This document shows, one piece after another, positions 20,505 through 31,409 of a DNA stretch of 64,000 bases (position 1 is the stretch's first letter; the number at the start of each line of letters is the position of its first letter). Below the pieces are notes generated by a model, which saw only the letters and a program-made list of their open reading frames with translations, was not told the origin of the DNA and made no database searches. A program made the translations under genes and the position numbers. This stretch comes from Deltaproteobacteria bacterium. GTDB taxonomy: Bacteria; Myxococcota_A; Bradymonadia; REDH01. The stretch is taken from the NCBI GenBank assembly GCA_007693585.1, contig REDH01000089.1, positions 21,323 through 85,322 on the forward strand, in the 5' to 3' direction.

Positions 20505-21080
20505 GTGAGCGAGATCATCGTCGGCCTCGAGCCATCCATCAGCGTCTGCGAGAATCTTCTGCTGGTTCAGGAGGAGCTTTCGGCTCCCCTGCACCAGCTC
20601 GGCGTGGAGCCCCGATGGACACCCGCCGAGGATCTCCGTCTCGTCCTGCTCCGGTGGCGGAACGTCGACGCGGACGCGGTCAGGCTGTTCACGGAGCAGC
20701 TTCGGGTGGTGTGCTCCACCGAGCCGGAGGGCCGTTTCTCGGTCTCCGGTGTCGGGTTCGCACCTTCGGAGGAGGTTCCACGCCTCCTGCTCGCCGAGGT
20801 CGAGGCCGGCGATGCGCTGCGCAGGCTTCGCGAGCGCCTGGGGGCGGCGGCCGGCGCCGTGGGGCTCGGCTCGGCGGCCGCGTGGCGCCCGGCGATGCGA
20901 CTGGGCAGGATGAGCACTCCGACCCGGTTCATGGAGCTCCGCGGGATCGCGAGGAGCTGGGCGCAGGTGGAGGGGTGGGAGAGCCTCGTCCGCGAGGTGG
21001 TGATCTGGCGCTCGTCGGGACGCACGTCCGCTCCCTGGGCACCGGTTCATGCACGGGTTCGGCTCGGCACGGGTCAATGA
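20505..21080 (+). CDS. 2H phosphoesterase (ThpR/LigT 2'-5' RNA ligase) homologue with both HxT motifs substituted; putative pseudoenzyme
   Basis: Aligns with E. coli ThpR around both signature motifs. EDLRLVLLRW matches DNLHLTLAFLG, and WRPAMRLGR matches FHPHITLLR. Conserved cinA-thpR-recA synteny. GTG start at 20505. Confidence 0.5.
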   Translation: MSEIIVGLEPSISVCENLLLVQEELSAPLHQLGVEPRWTPAEDLRLVLLRWRNVDADAVRLFTEQLRVVCSTEPEGRFSVSGVGFAPSEEVPRLLLAEVEAGDALRRLRERLGAAAGAVGLGSAAAWRPAMRLGRMSTPTRFMELRGIARSWAQVEGWESLVREVVIWRSSGRTSAPWAPVHARVRLGTGQ

Positions 21081-21247
21081 TCGCCGGGCCTTCGGTGTCC
21101 GGCACGAGGCGGCGTGCAACGGGCGCATGACCGATCCGATACCGCGCCCGTTGCGAAGGACCTTGCGGGCAGCTTCGCGGCATGATACTGCACACGCGCT
21201 CAGTACCTCATGGGCGCACCGACCCAACAGGAGCAGGAGGACGACGC

Positions 21248-22291
21248 ATGGCGGACAGGACTTCGGAGAAGCGAAAGGCTGTGGATCTGACACTGAAGAG
21301 TGTGGAGAAGCAGTTCGGCAAGGGCGCGATCCTTCGCCTTGGGGATGAGGGGGCGCTGGTACCGGCGATCACCACCATTCCCACGGGAGCGATCAGCCTG
21401 GACGTGGCCTCGGGCGTGGGTGGTTTTCCTCGTGGCCGTATCGTGGAGATCTATGGTCCGGAGTCGTCCGGCAAGACGACTCTGACGCTGCATGCGATCG
21501 CGGAAGCGCAGCGGGCCGGTGGCATCGCGGCGTTCATTGACGCCGAGCATGCGCTCGACGTGAATTACGCGCGGGCACTCGGTGTGGATGTGGACGAGCT
21601 TCTCGTCAGCCAGCCGGATACGGGTGAGCAGGCCCTGGAGATTGCGGACATGCTGGTCCGTTCGAACGCGATCGACCTTGTGGTGATCGATTCCGTGGCC
21701 GCCCTGACCCCGAAGGCGGAGATCGAGGGAGAGATGGGCGATTCGCACGTGGGGCTTCAGGCTCGCCTGATGAGTCAGGCCCTTCGCAAGCTCACGGGAA
21801 CGCTGAGCAAGTCGAATACCTGCCTGATCTTCATCAATCAGATCCGCCTGAAGATCGGGGTGATGTTCGGCAGCCCGGAGACGACGTCGGGCGGCAATGC
21901 GCTGAAGTTCTATGCGTCCATGCGCATGGACATCCGCCGGATCGCCGCGCTCAAGGACGGCAACGAGATCGTGGGCAACCGGACGCGCGTGAAGTTCGTG
22001 AAGAACAAGGTTGCGCCTCCGTTCCGGGAAGCCGAGTTCGACATCATGTACGGCAAGGGCATCTCTCGCGAAGGGGACCTGCTGGATCTCGGCGCCGATC
22101 TGGGCGTGGTGGACAAGAGCGGTGCCTGGTACTCGTACAACGGAGAGCGGCTCGGTCAGGGGCGGGAGAACGCGAAGACGTTCCTGACGGAGAATCCGGC
22201 CATCGCGCGCGAGATCGAGCTCCAGATCAGGGCCCACTTCGGCCTCACCGACGCATCCACGGAAGCGGCGGAGACGGAGGAGGCGGGCTGA
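21248..22291 (+). CDS. recA: Recombinase RecA
   Basis: Walker [10 protein letters not shown]. Whole-length RecA similarity. ATG at 21248. Confidence 0.97.
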   Translation: MADRTSEKRKAVDLTLKSVEKQFGKGAILRLGDEGALVPAITTIPTGAISLDVASGVGGFPRGRIVEIYGPESSGKTTLTLHAIAEAQRAGGIAAFIDAEHALDVNYARALGVDVDELLVSQPDTGEQALEIADMLVRSNAIDLVVIDSVAALTPKAEIEGEMGDSHVGLQARLMSQALRKLTGTLSKSNTCLIFINQIRLKIGVMFGSPETTSGGNALKFYASMRMDIRRIAALKDGNEIVGNRTRVKFVKNKVAPPFREAEFDIMYGKGISREGDLLDLGADLGVVDKSGAWYSYNGERLGQGRENAKTFLTENPAIAREIELQIRAHFGLTDASTEAAETEEAG

Positions 22292-22613
22292 GCCGCGCGG
22301 GGGGTCCGCTGCGCTGCGCTGCGAACAGCGCAAGTGCACCGCGGCGCCATCGTGGATCCGGGCACTCCTCGTCCGCCTGGGACCGTGACCCGCACGGGCC
22401 ATGGCGACGAGCCTTCCGCCCGGTGCGCGGTCCATGGCTTCATTCGGGAAGACAGACACCGTCGGATGCGCTAGGCTGGAGGGGACAGGTGTCGACATGC
22501 GCCGAGCGTTCGTGCTGTGACCGGAGCGAACTGCGGCGGCGCTGGCGTCTCGCGACGGAGCGACAACCTCGCATAGCCTCGAGTCGCGCCGTTTCCCGTT
22601 CAAGGCATGGGCC

Positions 22614-23771
22614 ATGGCCATCGATCTGAACCAGATTCTGGATGTTGCAGTCCGTGGAGGCGCGAGCGACATCCACCTCAAGGCCGGCCTCCCGCCGATG
22701 TTTCGTGTCAACGGGCGATTGCTGCCACTGAAGGACGCGAGACGGCTGACGCCGGAGCTGGTGGCGTCCACCGCGCTCGAGATCATGAGCCCCCTTCAGC
22801 AGGAGCTGTTCAAGCAGCGACTCGACATCGACTTCGCCTACGGCGTGGCCGGGGTGGGGCGGTTCCGCGTCAATGTGTTCCAGCAGCGCTCGACGTTCGG
22901 GATGGTCCTCCGCGTGATCCCGCACAAGGTCCCCAGCGCGGAGGACCTGCTGCTTCCGAAGAGCATCCTGCAGCTCGCCGAGGAGCGGCGGGGACTGATC
23001 CTCGTGACCGGTGCGACCGGCTCGGGCAAGTCGACGACCCTGGCGTCGATGATCGAGCACATCAACAGCACTCGGACGACCCACATCATCACCATTGAGG
23101 ATCCGATCGAGTTCCTCATTCGGGATCGTCGCTCCCTCGTGAACCAGCGGGAGATCGGTTCCGACTGCCACTCCTTCTCCAACGCGCTGCGTGCGGCCCT
23201 GCGCCAGGACCCGGACGTGATCATGGTCGGCGAGATGCGTGACCTCGAGACCATGGAGATCGCGCTGACGGCCGCCGAGACGGGACACCTCGTGCTGTCG
23301 ACACTTCACACGACCGAGGCGGCCGAGACGATCACCCGTGTGGTATCCTCCTTCCCGTCCCATCAGCAGAAGACCGTCCGTTTGCAGCTTGCCGGCATCC
23401 TCAAGGGAGTCGTTTCGCAACGGCTGGTGCCCCGGGCCGATGCCCGCGGTCGAGTCCCTGCCGTGGAGCTCATGGTGAACACGGCGCGAATGAAGGAGCT
23501 GATCCTCGACGAGGACAGGTTCCGCGAGATCACGGGTGCCATCGCCAGCGGCCAGGACGCGTACGGGATGCAGACCTTCGATCAGTCCCTGATTCACCTG
23601 ATGGAACGGGGCCACATCACGTACGAGGAGGCGCTGGCCCAGGCGAGCAACCCGGACGATCTTGCGCTCCGCCTGTCCGGCGTGGAAGAAGGAACGAGTA
23701 CAGGGTGGGGCGGAATGCTCGAACAGGGTGGTCCGCACTCCCCGGGTTCGCCTCCCAAACGTCAGGCATGA
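22614..23771 (+). CDS. pilT: PilT/PilU-family type IV pilus retraction ATPase (paralogue outside the main pil cluster)
   Basis: Walker A GATGSGKST. Asp box and His box (AAETGHLVLSTLHT). 385 aa. Confidence 0.85.
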   Translation: MAIDLNQILDVAVRGGASDIHLKAGLPPMFRVNGRLLPLKDARRLTPELVASTALEIMSPLQQELFKQRLDIDFAYGVAGVGRFRVNVFQQRSTFGMVLRVIPHKVPSAEDLLLPKSILQLAEERRGLILVTGATGSGKSTTLASMIEHINSTRTTHIITIEDPIEFLIRDRRSLVNQREIGSDCHSFSNALRAALRQDPDVIMVGEMRDLETMEIALTAAETGHLVLSTLHTTEAAETITRVVSSFPSHQQKTVRLQLAGILKGVVSQRLVPRADARGRVPAVELMVNTARMKELILDEDRFREITGAIASGQDAYGMQTFDQSLIHLMERGHITYEEALAQASNPDDLALRLSGVEEGTSTGWGGMLEQGGPHSPGSPPKRQA

Positions 23772-24598
23772 GTTTCGTGCGTCATCTTCCCTTCGCGTTC
23801 ATCCTGGTTGCGCTGGTCCTGACGTCATCGACTCCGGGATTCGGCCAGAATGCAGTTGTCGCTTCCGGGTCCACCCCAACGGCAAGCTGGTTCGACGTGG
23901 GGGTGCACCCGATGCTGTCCTCACGCAGCCTGACCATCGACGGTGACTCCGGGCGACTTGACTATCAGGCCCCCTTGCAGCCCGGCCTGGCCCTGCGTGC
24001 CAGCGTCCATCCCCTGGCGATCGCCATTCCCGACCAGGCCTGGGCCGCTCCGCTCAGCATCCGCGCAGACATCAGCCGCCATTCGCTTCTTTCGGAGGTC
24101 GACTACCGGTCCGGCGGGAGGGTCTACATGGTCGACGTACCGACGCGCTTCACGACCTCACGGTTCGGGCTCGGATACGACATTGCACTCGGCCCGCAGG
24201 CCACCCTCTCGCCCACGCTCGGCCTGCAACAGCTGAGCTGGAGTCTGGGCTACAATCCACGACTCCAGAGTTCCTATTACCGCAGCCTCGAGTTCGGGCT
24301 CGCCGGTCGAATCTCCACGGGCAGCCTGATCCAGTGGCATGGACAACTGCACCTGCGCCCCGGAGTCGACCCGGGAAGCACCGCACAGTCGTTCGGTAAC
24401 GCAAGTTCCGGCTTCGGCCTTGCCCTGGCGCTCGGTGGACAGATCATGCTCCCGCATGGCCTCTATCTGGATGCACGGTGGCTCTTCCAGCATTTCTCCC
24501 TCGAGTACACCCTCGTCGAAGGGAACACGGTCGTGGCGCGCAATGACGCCACCGATCGCTTTCACTCCCTGTCCCTTGGCGTCGGCTTCCGGTACTAG
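23768..24598 (+). CDS. Hypothetical outer-membrane beta-barrel protein
   Basis: Signal peptide MSFVRHLPFAFILVALVLTSS. Alternating amphipathic strands. C-terminal ...GVGFRY aromatic terminus. The start overlaps the pilT stop (ATGA). Confidence 0.55.
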   Translation: MSFVRHLPFAFILVALVLTSSTPGFGQNAVVASGSTPTASWFDVGVHPMLSSRSLTIDGDSGRLDYQAPLQPGLALRASVHPLAIAIPDQAWAAPLSIRADISRHSLLSEVDYRSGGRVYMVDVPTRFTTSRFGLGYDIALGPQATLSPTLGLQQLSWSLGYNPRLQSSYYRSLEFGLAGRISTGSLIQWHGQLHLRPGVDPGSTAQSFGNASSGFGLALALGGQIMLPHGLYLDARWLFQHFSLEYTLVEGNTVVARNDATDRFHSLSLGVGFRY

Positions 24599-24645
24599 GA
24601 AGCGTGCGGGCGCCTGCCCATTCCTCCTCGTCCTGGAGAGTTCGC

Positions 24646-26004
24646 GTGAGCGACAACACGAACGCACCGGCCCGCGCCTCCATCAACGCCAGGTTGACCC
24701 GATTCGCCTCGGAAGATGACTTCGTGGCGGGCTACCATCCCTACTTCGTGCGCGGCGGAATGCTTCTGAAGAGTCGCAGTCCGCTGCCCGTGGGGACCGA
24801 CATCACGTTTCAGGTCCGGATTGCCGACGATCAGGTCGTGATGACGGGCGAGGGGCGCATCAAGCAGCATCGCCGCGATGCGGAGGGCAAGCCGGTCGCC
24901 GCAGTCATCCAGTTCACCCGGCTCGATCGCAGCAGCAAGGCACTCTATGATCGCATGATCGCCGCGCGGCAGGAGAATCCGAGACTCTCCGGCCCCCACG
25001 CAGCCGTCACCGGCCCTTCTCCGGCGGTCTCCACGAGCGCAAGGGCGGAGAGAGCGCCGGCGAAGTCGCTGACGGCCGCGAGCAAGCCTTCCGACGAGAA
25101 GGCCGATCTGGGTGGCTTTGCCGACGAGCTGGCATCTTCCCTCGACTCGATCTTCGACGAGATCGGCGGGGGAACATCGGGCTCGTTCTCCGCGGTCGAA
25201 GAGCCATCGGGCCCGAGCCTCTCCGGACGCGAAGACCGGCGCACCGGCGATCACACGCCGCCAGGCGGTTCGACGTCCACCCTCTTCGGGCTCCCTCGCT
25301 TCGCGGAAGGCCAGGAGGCGGCGCGGCTGCGCGACGAGATGGGACGCCCGGCCACCGTGTCCGGCATCCCTGCAAGCCCTGGCGGGCAGGCCGAGCCGGC
25401 GTTCGAGACCCCACTTCCGAGCCCCCCCCCTGCAGCTCCGGCTGAGGAAACGCAGACCACAGGCGGCGAGAACACCGATTCCGATCTGTCCCTCGACGAG
25501 GCGCTCGATCTGCTCGGCCATGCCGATGATGACGGGGTCGACGCCGACGGAGCCGATGCCGCAGCAGAGGAGGCGATCGCCAGCGCGCCGGAGCAGCTCC
25601 CGACCCTGTCGCCCGATGCTACGGATCTCCACCGCGACACGGTCCCGGACATGCCCGTCGACGAGTCGCTGCGCGAAGCGGGCCCAGCGCAGGGAGCCGC
25701 ACGGAGTGCGTCCCAGATCGATACGGCCCGTCACGACGTCTCGGCTCTACTGCGTTCGTTGACGGGCGAGCACGAAGCGGTCCCCACCGCTCCCTCGATG
25801 CCCGACATCGCCTCCATCGGCGCCGGCCACGCCGAGGAAGGCGGCCCGACGACACAGGACGGGAGCGCCGCCGAGGACGAGGACGCGCTTCTCGCTGCCG
25901 TGGTCGGGGAGGACGAAGGCACCTCGCCCGAGGGCAGCGAGGAGGGTGCCGAGGACGAAGAGCCGAAGAAGAAGGGATTCTGGTCCCGACTCTTCGGCAA
26001 GTAG
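24646..26004 (+). CDS. PilZ-domain protein with a long acidic disordered region and a C-terminal amphipathic tail
   Basis: N-terminal PilZ-like domain. About 300 aa of Ala/Glu/Asp/Pro/Ser-rich low complexity. Ends ...KKKGFWSRLFGK. GGAGAG RBS followed by GTG at 24646. Confidence 0.55.
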   Translation: MSDNTNAPARASINARLTRFASEDDFVAGYHPYFVRGGMLLKSRSPLPVGTDITFQVRIADDQVVMTGEGRIKQHRRDAEGKPVAAVIQFTRLDRSSKALYDRMIAARQENPRLSGPHAAVTGPSPAVSTSARAERAPAKSLTAASKPSDEKADLGGFADELASSLDSIFDEIGGGTSGSFSAVEEPSGPSLSGREDRRTGDHTPPGGSTSTLFGLPRFAEGQEAARLRDEMGRPATVSGIPASPGGQAEPAFETPLPSPPPAAPAEETQTTGGENTDSDLSLDEALDLLGHADDDGVDADGADAAAEEAIASAPEQLPTLSPDATDLHRDTVPDMPVDESLREAGPAQGAARSASQIDTARHDVSALLRSLTGEHEAVPTAPSMPDIASIGAGHAEEGGPTTQDGSAAEDEDALLAAVVGEDEGTSPEGSEEGAEDEEPKKKGFWSRLFGK

Positions 26005-26111
26005 CGATTCGGCAGCACGCCGGATGAGCCAGGCGCTCCTGTCGTTCGGCTCCTCGCGGTGATGGTGGCGCCGAGGGGTGTTTCGGCAGGCTACCGGAAC
26101 GCGGGAGCACT

Positions 26112-27386
26112 TCAGGGGTCGAGCGCCTTGCCAATGTCCTGGCGCAGAGACATGCCAGCGAACCGGATCAGCTCTGTGCCTGCGTAGGCCCGGCGAACCG
26201 CGGTTTCGGGCGAGTCACCGACCGCAGTGACGCCGAGTACTCGTCCCCCTGCCGTCACCAGCTTGTCCTCTTGCACCTGCGTGCCCGCGTGAAAGACCTT
26301 CACGCCGGCAAGCGCTTCGGCCTGTTCGATGCCGGTGATTTCATCGCCCTTTCGCGGCGAGACAGGATATCCCTCGGCTGCCAGAACGACGACAGCGGCG
26401 GCCCTTTCGGGGCCGAAGCCGTCCGGGTTCAGGCGCCCCCGGGCAGCGGACCGGAGGAGTGGAACCGGGTCGTTTGCAAGCGACGCGAGGAGAACCTGCG
26501 TCTCGGGGTCGCCCAGCCGGGCGTTGAACTCGAGCACACGAGGGCCCTGCTCGGTGAGCATGAGTCCTGCGTAGAGGAAGCCCCGGAAGTCGATCCCACG
26601 GCGGCGCAACTCGGCCAGGGTCGGCTCGATCACCTCGCGCTCGATCCGCTCCGCCAGTTCACGCGAGACGAACGGGGCCGGGCTGAATGCGCCCATTCCA
26701 CCGGTGTTCGGGCCCTGATCTCCGTCGAGTAGCCGTTTGTGGTCCTGCGAGGTGGGGAGCGCAGCAAAGCGCTCGCCGTCCGTGAGCACGATGTAGCTCG
26801 TCTCGACGCCTTGCAGTCGCTCCTCGAGGACGAGCGCATCTCCCGCCGAGCCGAACGGACGCTCCCGCAGCAGCCGCAGCGCCACCTCGCGCGCCTCGGT
26901 TGCGGAGTCACAGACGATGACCCCCTTCCCTGCGGCCAGGCCATCCACCTTGACGACCAGCGCGCCGTCACCCCACGTCTCGATGAAGCGATCCACCTCC
27001 TCGGGAGACTGCACCCTTGCGAACCGGGCGGTGGGGACACCCGCTGCGATCATGACCTCCTTCGCGAAGGCCTTCGAACCTTCGAGGACTGCACCCTGCT
27101 TGCCGGGTCCGACCACATCGATTCCGTGGTCGCGAAGCCGGTCGGCAAGCCCGGACATCAGCGCCGCTTCGGGACCGATCACGACGAGTTCAACGCCGCG
27201 CTGCACGCAATGTTCGGTGACCGACTTCGCATCACCCGGGTCGAGCTCAACGCAGGTGACCCCGGGCTCCCGAGCGATCCCGGGGTTTCCGGGGATGGCG
27301 ATGACCTCCTCGACCAACGGACTGAGGCCCAGCTTCCAGACGAGGGCGTGCTCACGCCCGCCACTCCCGATGACTGCAGTGATCAT
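26112..27386 (-). CDS. purD: Phosphoribosylamine--glycine ligase
   Basis: Full-length ATP-grasp PurD similarity ([15 protein letters not shown]...). Confidence 0.93.
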   Translation of the reverse strand: MITAVIGSGGREHALVWKLGLSPLVEEVIAIPGNPGIAREPGVTCVELDPGDAKSVTEHCVQRGVELVVIGPEAALMSGLADRLRDHGIDVVGPGKQGAVLEGSKAFAKEVMIAAGVPTARFARVQSPEEVDRFIETWGDGALVVKVDGLAAGKGVIVCDSATEAREVALRLLRERPFGSAGDALVLEERLQGVETSYIVLTDGERFAALPTSQDHKRLLDGDQGPNTGGMGAFSPAPFVSRELAERIEREVIEPTLAELRRRGIDFRGFLYAGLMLTEQGPRVLEFNARLGDPETQVLLASLANDPVPLLRSAARGRLNPDGFGPERAAAVVVLAAEGYPVSPRKGDEITGIEQAEALAGVKVFHAGTQVQEDKLVTAGGRVLGVTAVGDSPETAVRRAYAGTELIRFAGMSLRQDIGKALDP

Positions 27387-27425
27387 GACTTCCCCACTCC
27401 ATGGTGTTGACCGTCGCCGTCGCGC

Positions 27426-28979
<1,554 letters not shown>

Positions 28980-29030
28980 GATGCCAGGCTCAGCGTAGGG
29001 AGAAGGGGAGCGCGAGCACGGTGTGCCCGT

Positions 29031-29492
29031 TCAGGAGCCATCCTCGTTTCCGAGGAGCTCGTCGTACTCCGACTGGAGCTTGTCGAGGCCGAGCGCCTCG
29101 ACCTGCCGGATGCGCTCGCGAGTCAGGTTGAGGATTTCCCCGACCTCCTCGAGGGTGATGCCGCCACGGTCCGCGATGTCGAGGGCGCAGGTCTCGCTCA
29201 TTTCCCACACTTCACGGTCCGGGAAGTTGAGCTTGATGGAGCCGGACTCGGGGTTCACGTCGAGGTACAGGTGAAACTTGCAGGAGACCCATGGACAGGG
29301 CCGTGGTCCATCGACGCACTCGCTGCGCGTGCTGGGTCGCAAGTGCTCGACGGCGCCGAGGATGTCCTCCGCCTCCTCGAGTTCGTGTGTGGTCAGGCGT
29401 CTGGCCACGAGGGTCTTGGACCGGCGCAGTCCCTTTCGGGCCTTTCGAGCCGCTACCCCTGTGGGAGTCATGCCTTTCTTGCGGTCCACCAT
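29031..29492 (-). CDS. Small DNA-binding protein: Cys-rich N-terminal motif plus sigma-70 region-4-like HTH
   Basis: C-x5-C-x4-C...C motif ([18 protein letters not shown] ... ETCALD) followed by [28 protein letters not shown]. Confidence 0.5.
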   Translation of the reverse strand: MVDRKKGMTPTGVAARKARKGLRRSKTLVARRLTTHELEEAEDILGAVEHLRPSTRSECVDGPRPCPWVSCKFHLYLDVNPESGSIKLNFPDREVWEMSETCALDIADRGGITLEEVGEILNLTRERIRQVEALGLDKLQSEYDELLGNEDGS

Positions 29493-29621
29493 CGACTGTC
29501 CTTCCTCCCTCGGGCGCCGGCCCATGCGCAGGGGTGTACCGAGCGGCGGATCAGCTTGTCAACAGCGACTGCGGGCGCGTGTCCACAAGGCGCTCGGGAG
29601 GGGGTGTTCGCGCAGCACGCC

Positions 29622-30650
29622 TCAGGGCGCTCCGGAGTCGAGGAGACGCGCACCGGGGGTCTCCACGAGGCCTTCCAGCGAGTAGCCGGGCTTGTGCTCG
29701 AAGTGGTGCTCCGCGGAAATCCTGCGCAGTGTGCCGGACTTCTTCCGCATGACGATGGAGTCCGTCTCGCACCCGTTCCCCTTGAAGCGAACCCCCCGGA
29801 GCATGTCGCCGCTGGTGACCCCGGTGGCCGAGAAGAGGATCTCTCCGTGGGCCAGCGCGTCGAGATCAAACACGGCGTGGATGTCTCGCTCTGCGCCGAG
29901 CATGTGCCGGGCGCGCTCCTGTTCGCGTTCGTTGCGAAACACGAGCCGCCCCTGCATGTCTCCGCCGATGCACTGCAGCGCTGCGGCGGCGAGCACGCCT
30001 TCCGGAGCACCTCCGGTTCCGATGAGCATGTCGATTCCCGTGCTGTCGTCGACCGTGGCGATGGCGGCCTGTACGTCGCCATCGTCGATCAGGCGGATCC
30101 GCGCGCCCGTCGCCCGCACTTCGGCGATGAGTTCGGCGTGGCGCGGTCGATCGAGAATCACGACGGTGAGGTCGTCAACGTCGACCCCTCTGGCCTCGGC
30201 GAGTCTGTGTACGTTCTCGCGAGCGGGACGGGTGATGTCGATCACTCCCCTTCCCGACGGGCCGACAGCGATCTTCTGCATGTAGCAGTCAGGGGCATGC
30301 ATGAGGCAGCCCGCCGGAGCCATGGCCACGACGGCGAGTGCGCCTGGGCGTCCGTAGGCGCAGAGGGAGGTTCCTTCCAGGGGGTCCAGGGCGATGTCCA
30401 TCTGGGGGTGCCCGGACTCGGCCCTGCCCACGCGCTCGCCGATGTAGAGCATCGGCGCCTCGTCCCGTTCGCCCTCTCCGATCACGATCGTGCCGTCGAT
30501 GTCCATCCCGCCGAATGCGGCACGCATGGCGCCTACCGCGGCTTCGTCGGATGCCGTGGCATCGCCCCGCCCCATGGTGCGGGCGGCGTGTATTGCAGCG
30601 GCTTCCGTGACGCGGACGAGTTCAAGGGCGAGGTTGCGGTCGAGCGTCAT
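29622..30650 (-). CDS. glpX: Fructose-1,6-bisphosphatase class II
   Basis: Full-length GlpX similarity. Confidence 0.9.
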   Translation of the reverse strand: MTLDRNLALELVRVTEAAAIHAARTMGRGDATASDEAAVGAMRAAFGGMDIDGTIVIGEGERDEAPMLYIGERVGRAESGHPQMDIALDPLEGTSLCAYGRPGALAVVAMAPAGCLMHAPDCYMQKIAVGPSGRGVIDITRPARENVHRLAEARGVDVDDLTVVILDRPRHAELIAEVRATGARIRLIDDGDVQAAIATVDDSTGIDMLIGTGGAPEGVLAAAALQCIGGDMQGRLVFRNEREQERARHMLGAERDIHAVFDLDALAHGEILFSATGVTSGDMLRGVRFKGNGCETDSIVMRKKSGTLRRISAEHHFEHKPGYSLEGLVETPGARLLDSGAP

Positions 30651-30760
30651 GATGGTTTCCCCGGGCCGGAGTCTACGGTAGCGGGGGACCCGTTCCTGGC
30701 CTGCTGCCTTCTCTGGTCGGCTGGCCGCCCCCCGGTCGTCGGGCGCGGATAAAGCACGCC

Positions 30761-31387
30761 ATGCTCATTGATGCAATCGTCCTGACCGCGCTGGTGCTCG
30801 CCGCACTCCACGGCTTTCGGCGCGGAGCCCTCGCACCGTTGCTGCTTCTTGTCGCGACCGTCGTCTCCGTGCTCTCCGCTCCGGCGCTCGGTGTCGTGGT
30901 TGCGCCGCTTCTGGCTGGCCTCGCTCCCGCGGCTGCGCCGGCCAGCGTGACCGCGCTCTCCACGCTCGCCGCGGGCCTCCTCCTGTACGCCCTGATGGCG
31001 CTGGGCATCGGCACCGGCGTGAGGCTCATCCGCTCGGGTGGCTGCCTGATTCGCCTGTTCGACGGTGTGGTTGGTCTCTTCTTCGGCATGTTGCGCGGCC
31101 TGGTGCTGCTCGGTCTGGCCGTATGGCTGCTCGGCTGGTGGGCTGCGCTTCCTGCGGATGCGGAGGAGCATGCCGCCGCACGGACGCTGCGTGCGCAGGC
31201 CGAGGCGAGCCTCGTGACCCGAGTGACCCGTGGAGTGGTTCCCGACGCAGCCACCGGTGTGCTCGCCGATGCGCTCCGCAGTCGAACGCCGGCGCGATCT
31301 GCCGAAGAGTCCACTCCCACGCTTCACCTCGCGGATCCGGACGCGGAGGACGAGCGGCTCCGCCAGGAGAACCCGACCGTTCGATGA
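30761..31387 (+). CDS. cvpA: CvpA family membrane protein
   Basis: 4 TM, about 200 aa (MLIDAIVLTALVLAALHGFRRG...). Confidence 0.6.
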   Translation: MLIDAIVLTALVLAALHGFRRGALAPLLLLVATVVSVLSAPALGVVVAPLLAGLAPAAAPASVTALSTLAAGLLLYALMALGIGTGVRLIRSGGCLIRLFDGVVGLFFGMLRGLVLLGLAVWLLGWWAALPADAEEHAAARTLRAQAEASLVTRVTRGVVPDAATGVLADALRSRTPARSAEESTPTLHLADPDAEDERLRQENPTVR

Positions 31388-31409
31388 TCGTGCCCGGTCT
31401 GCGCAGTCT

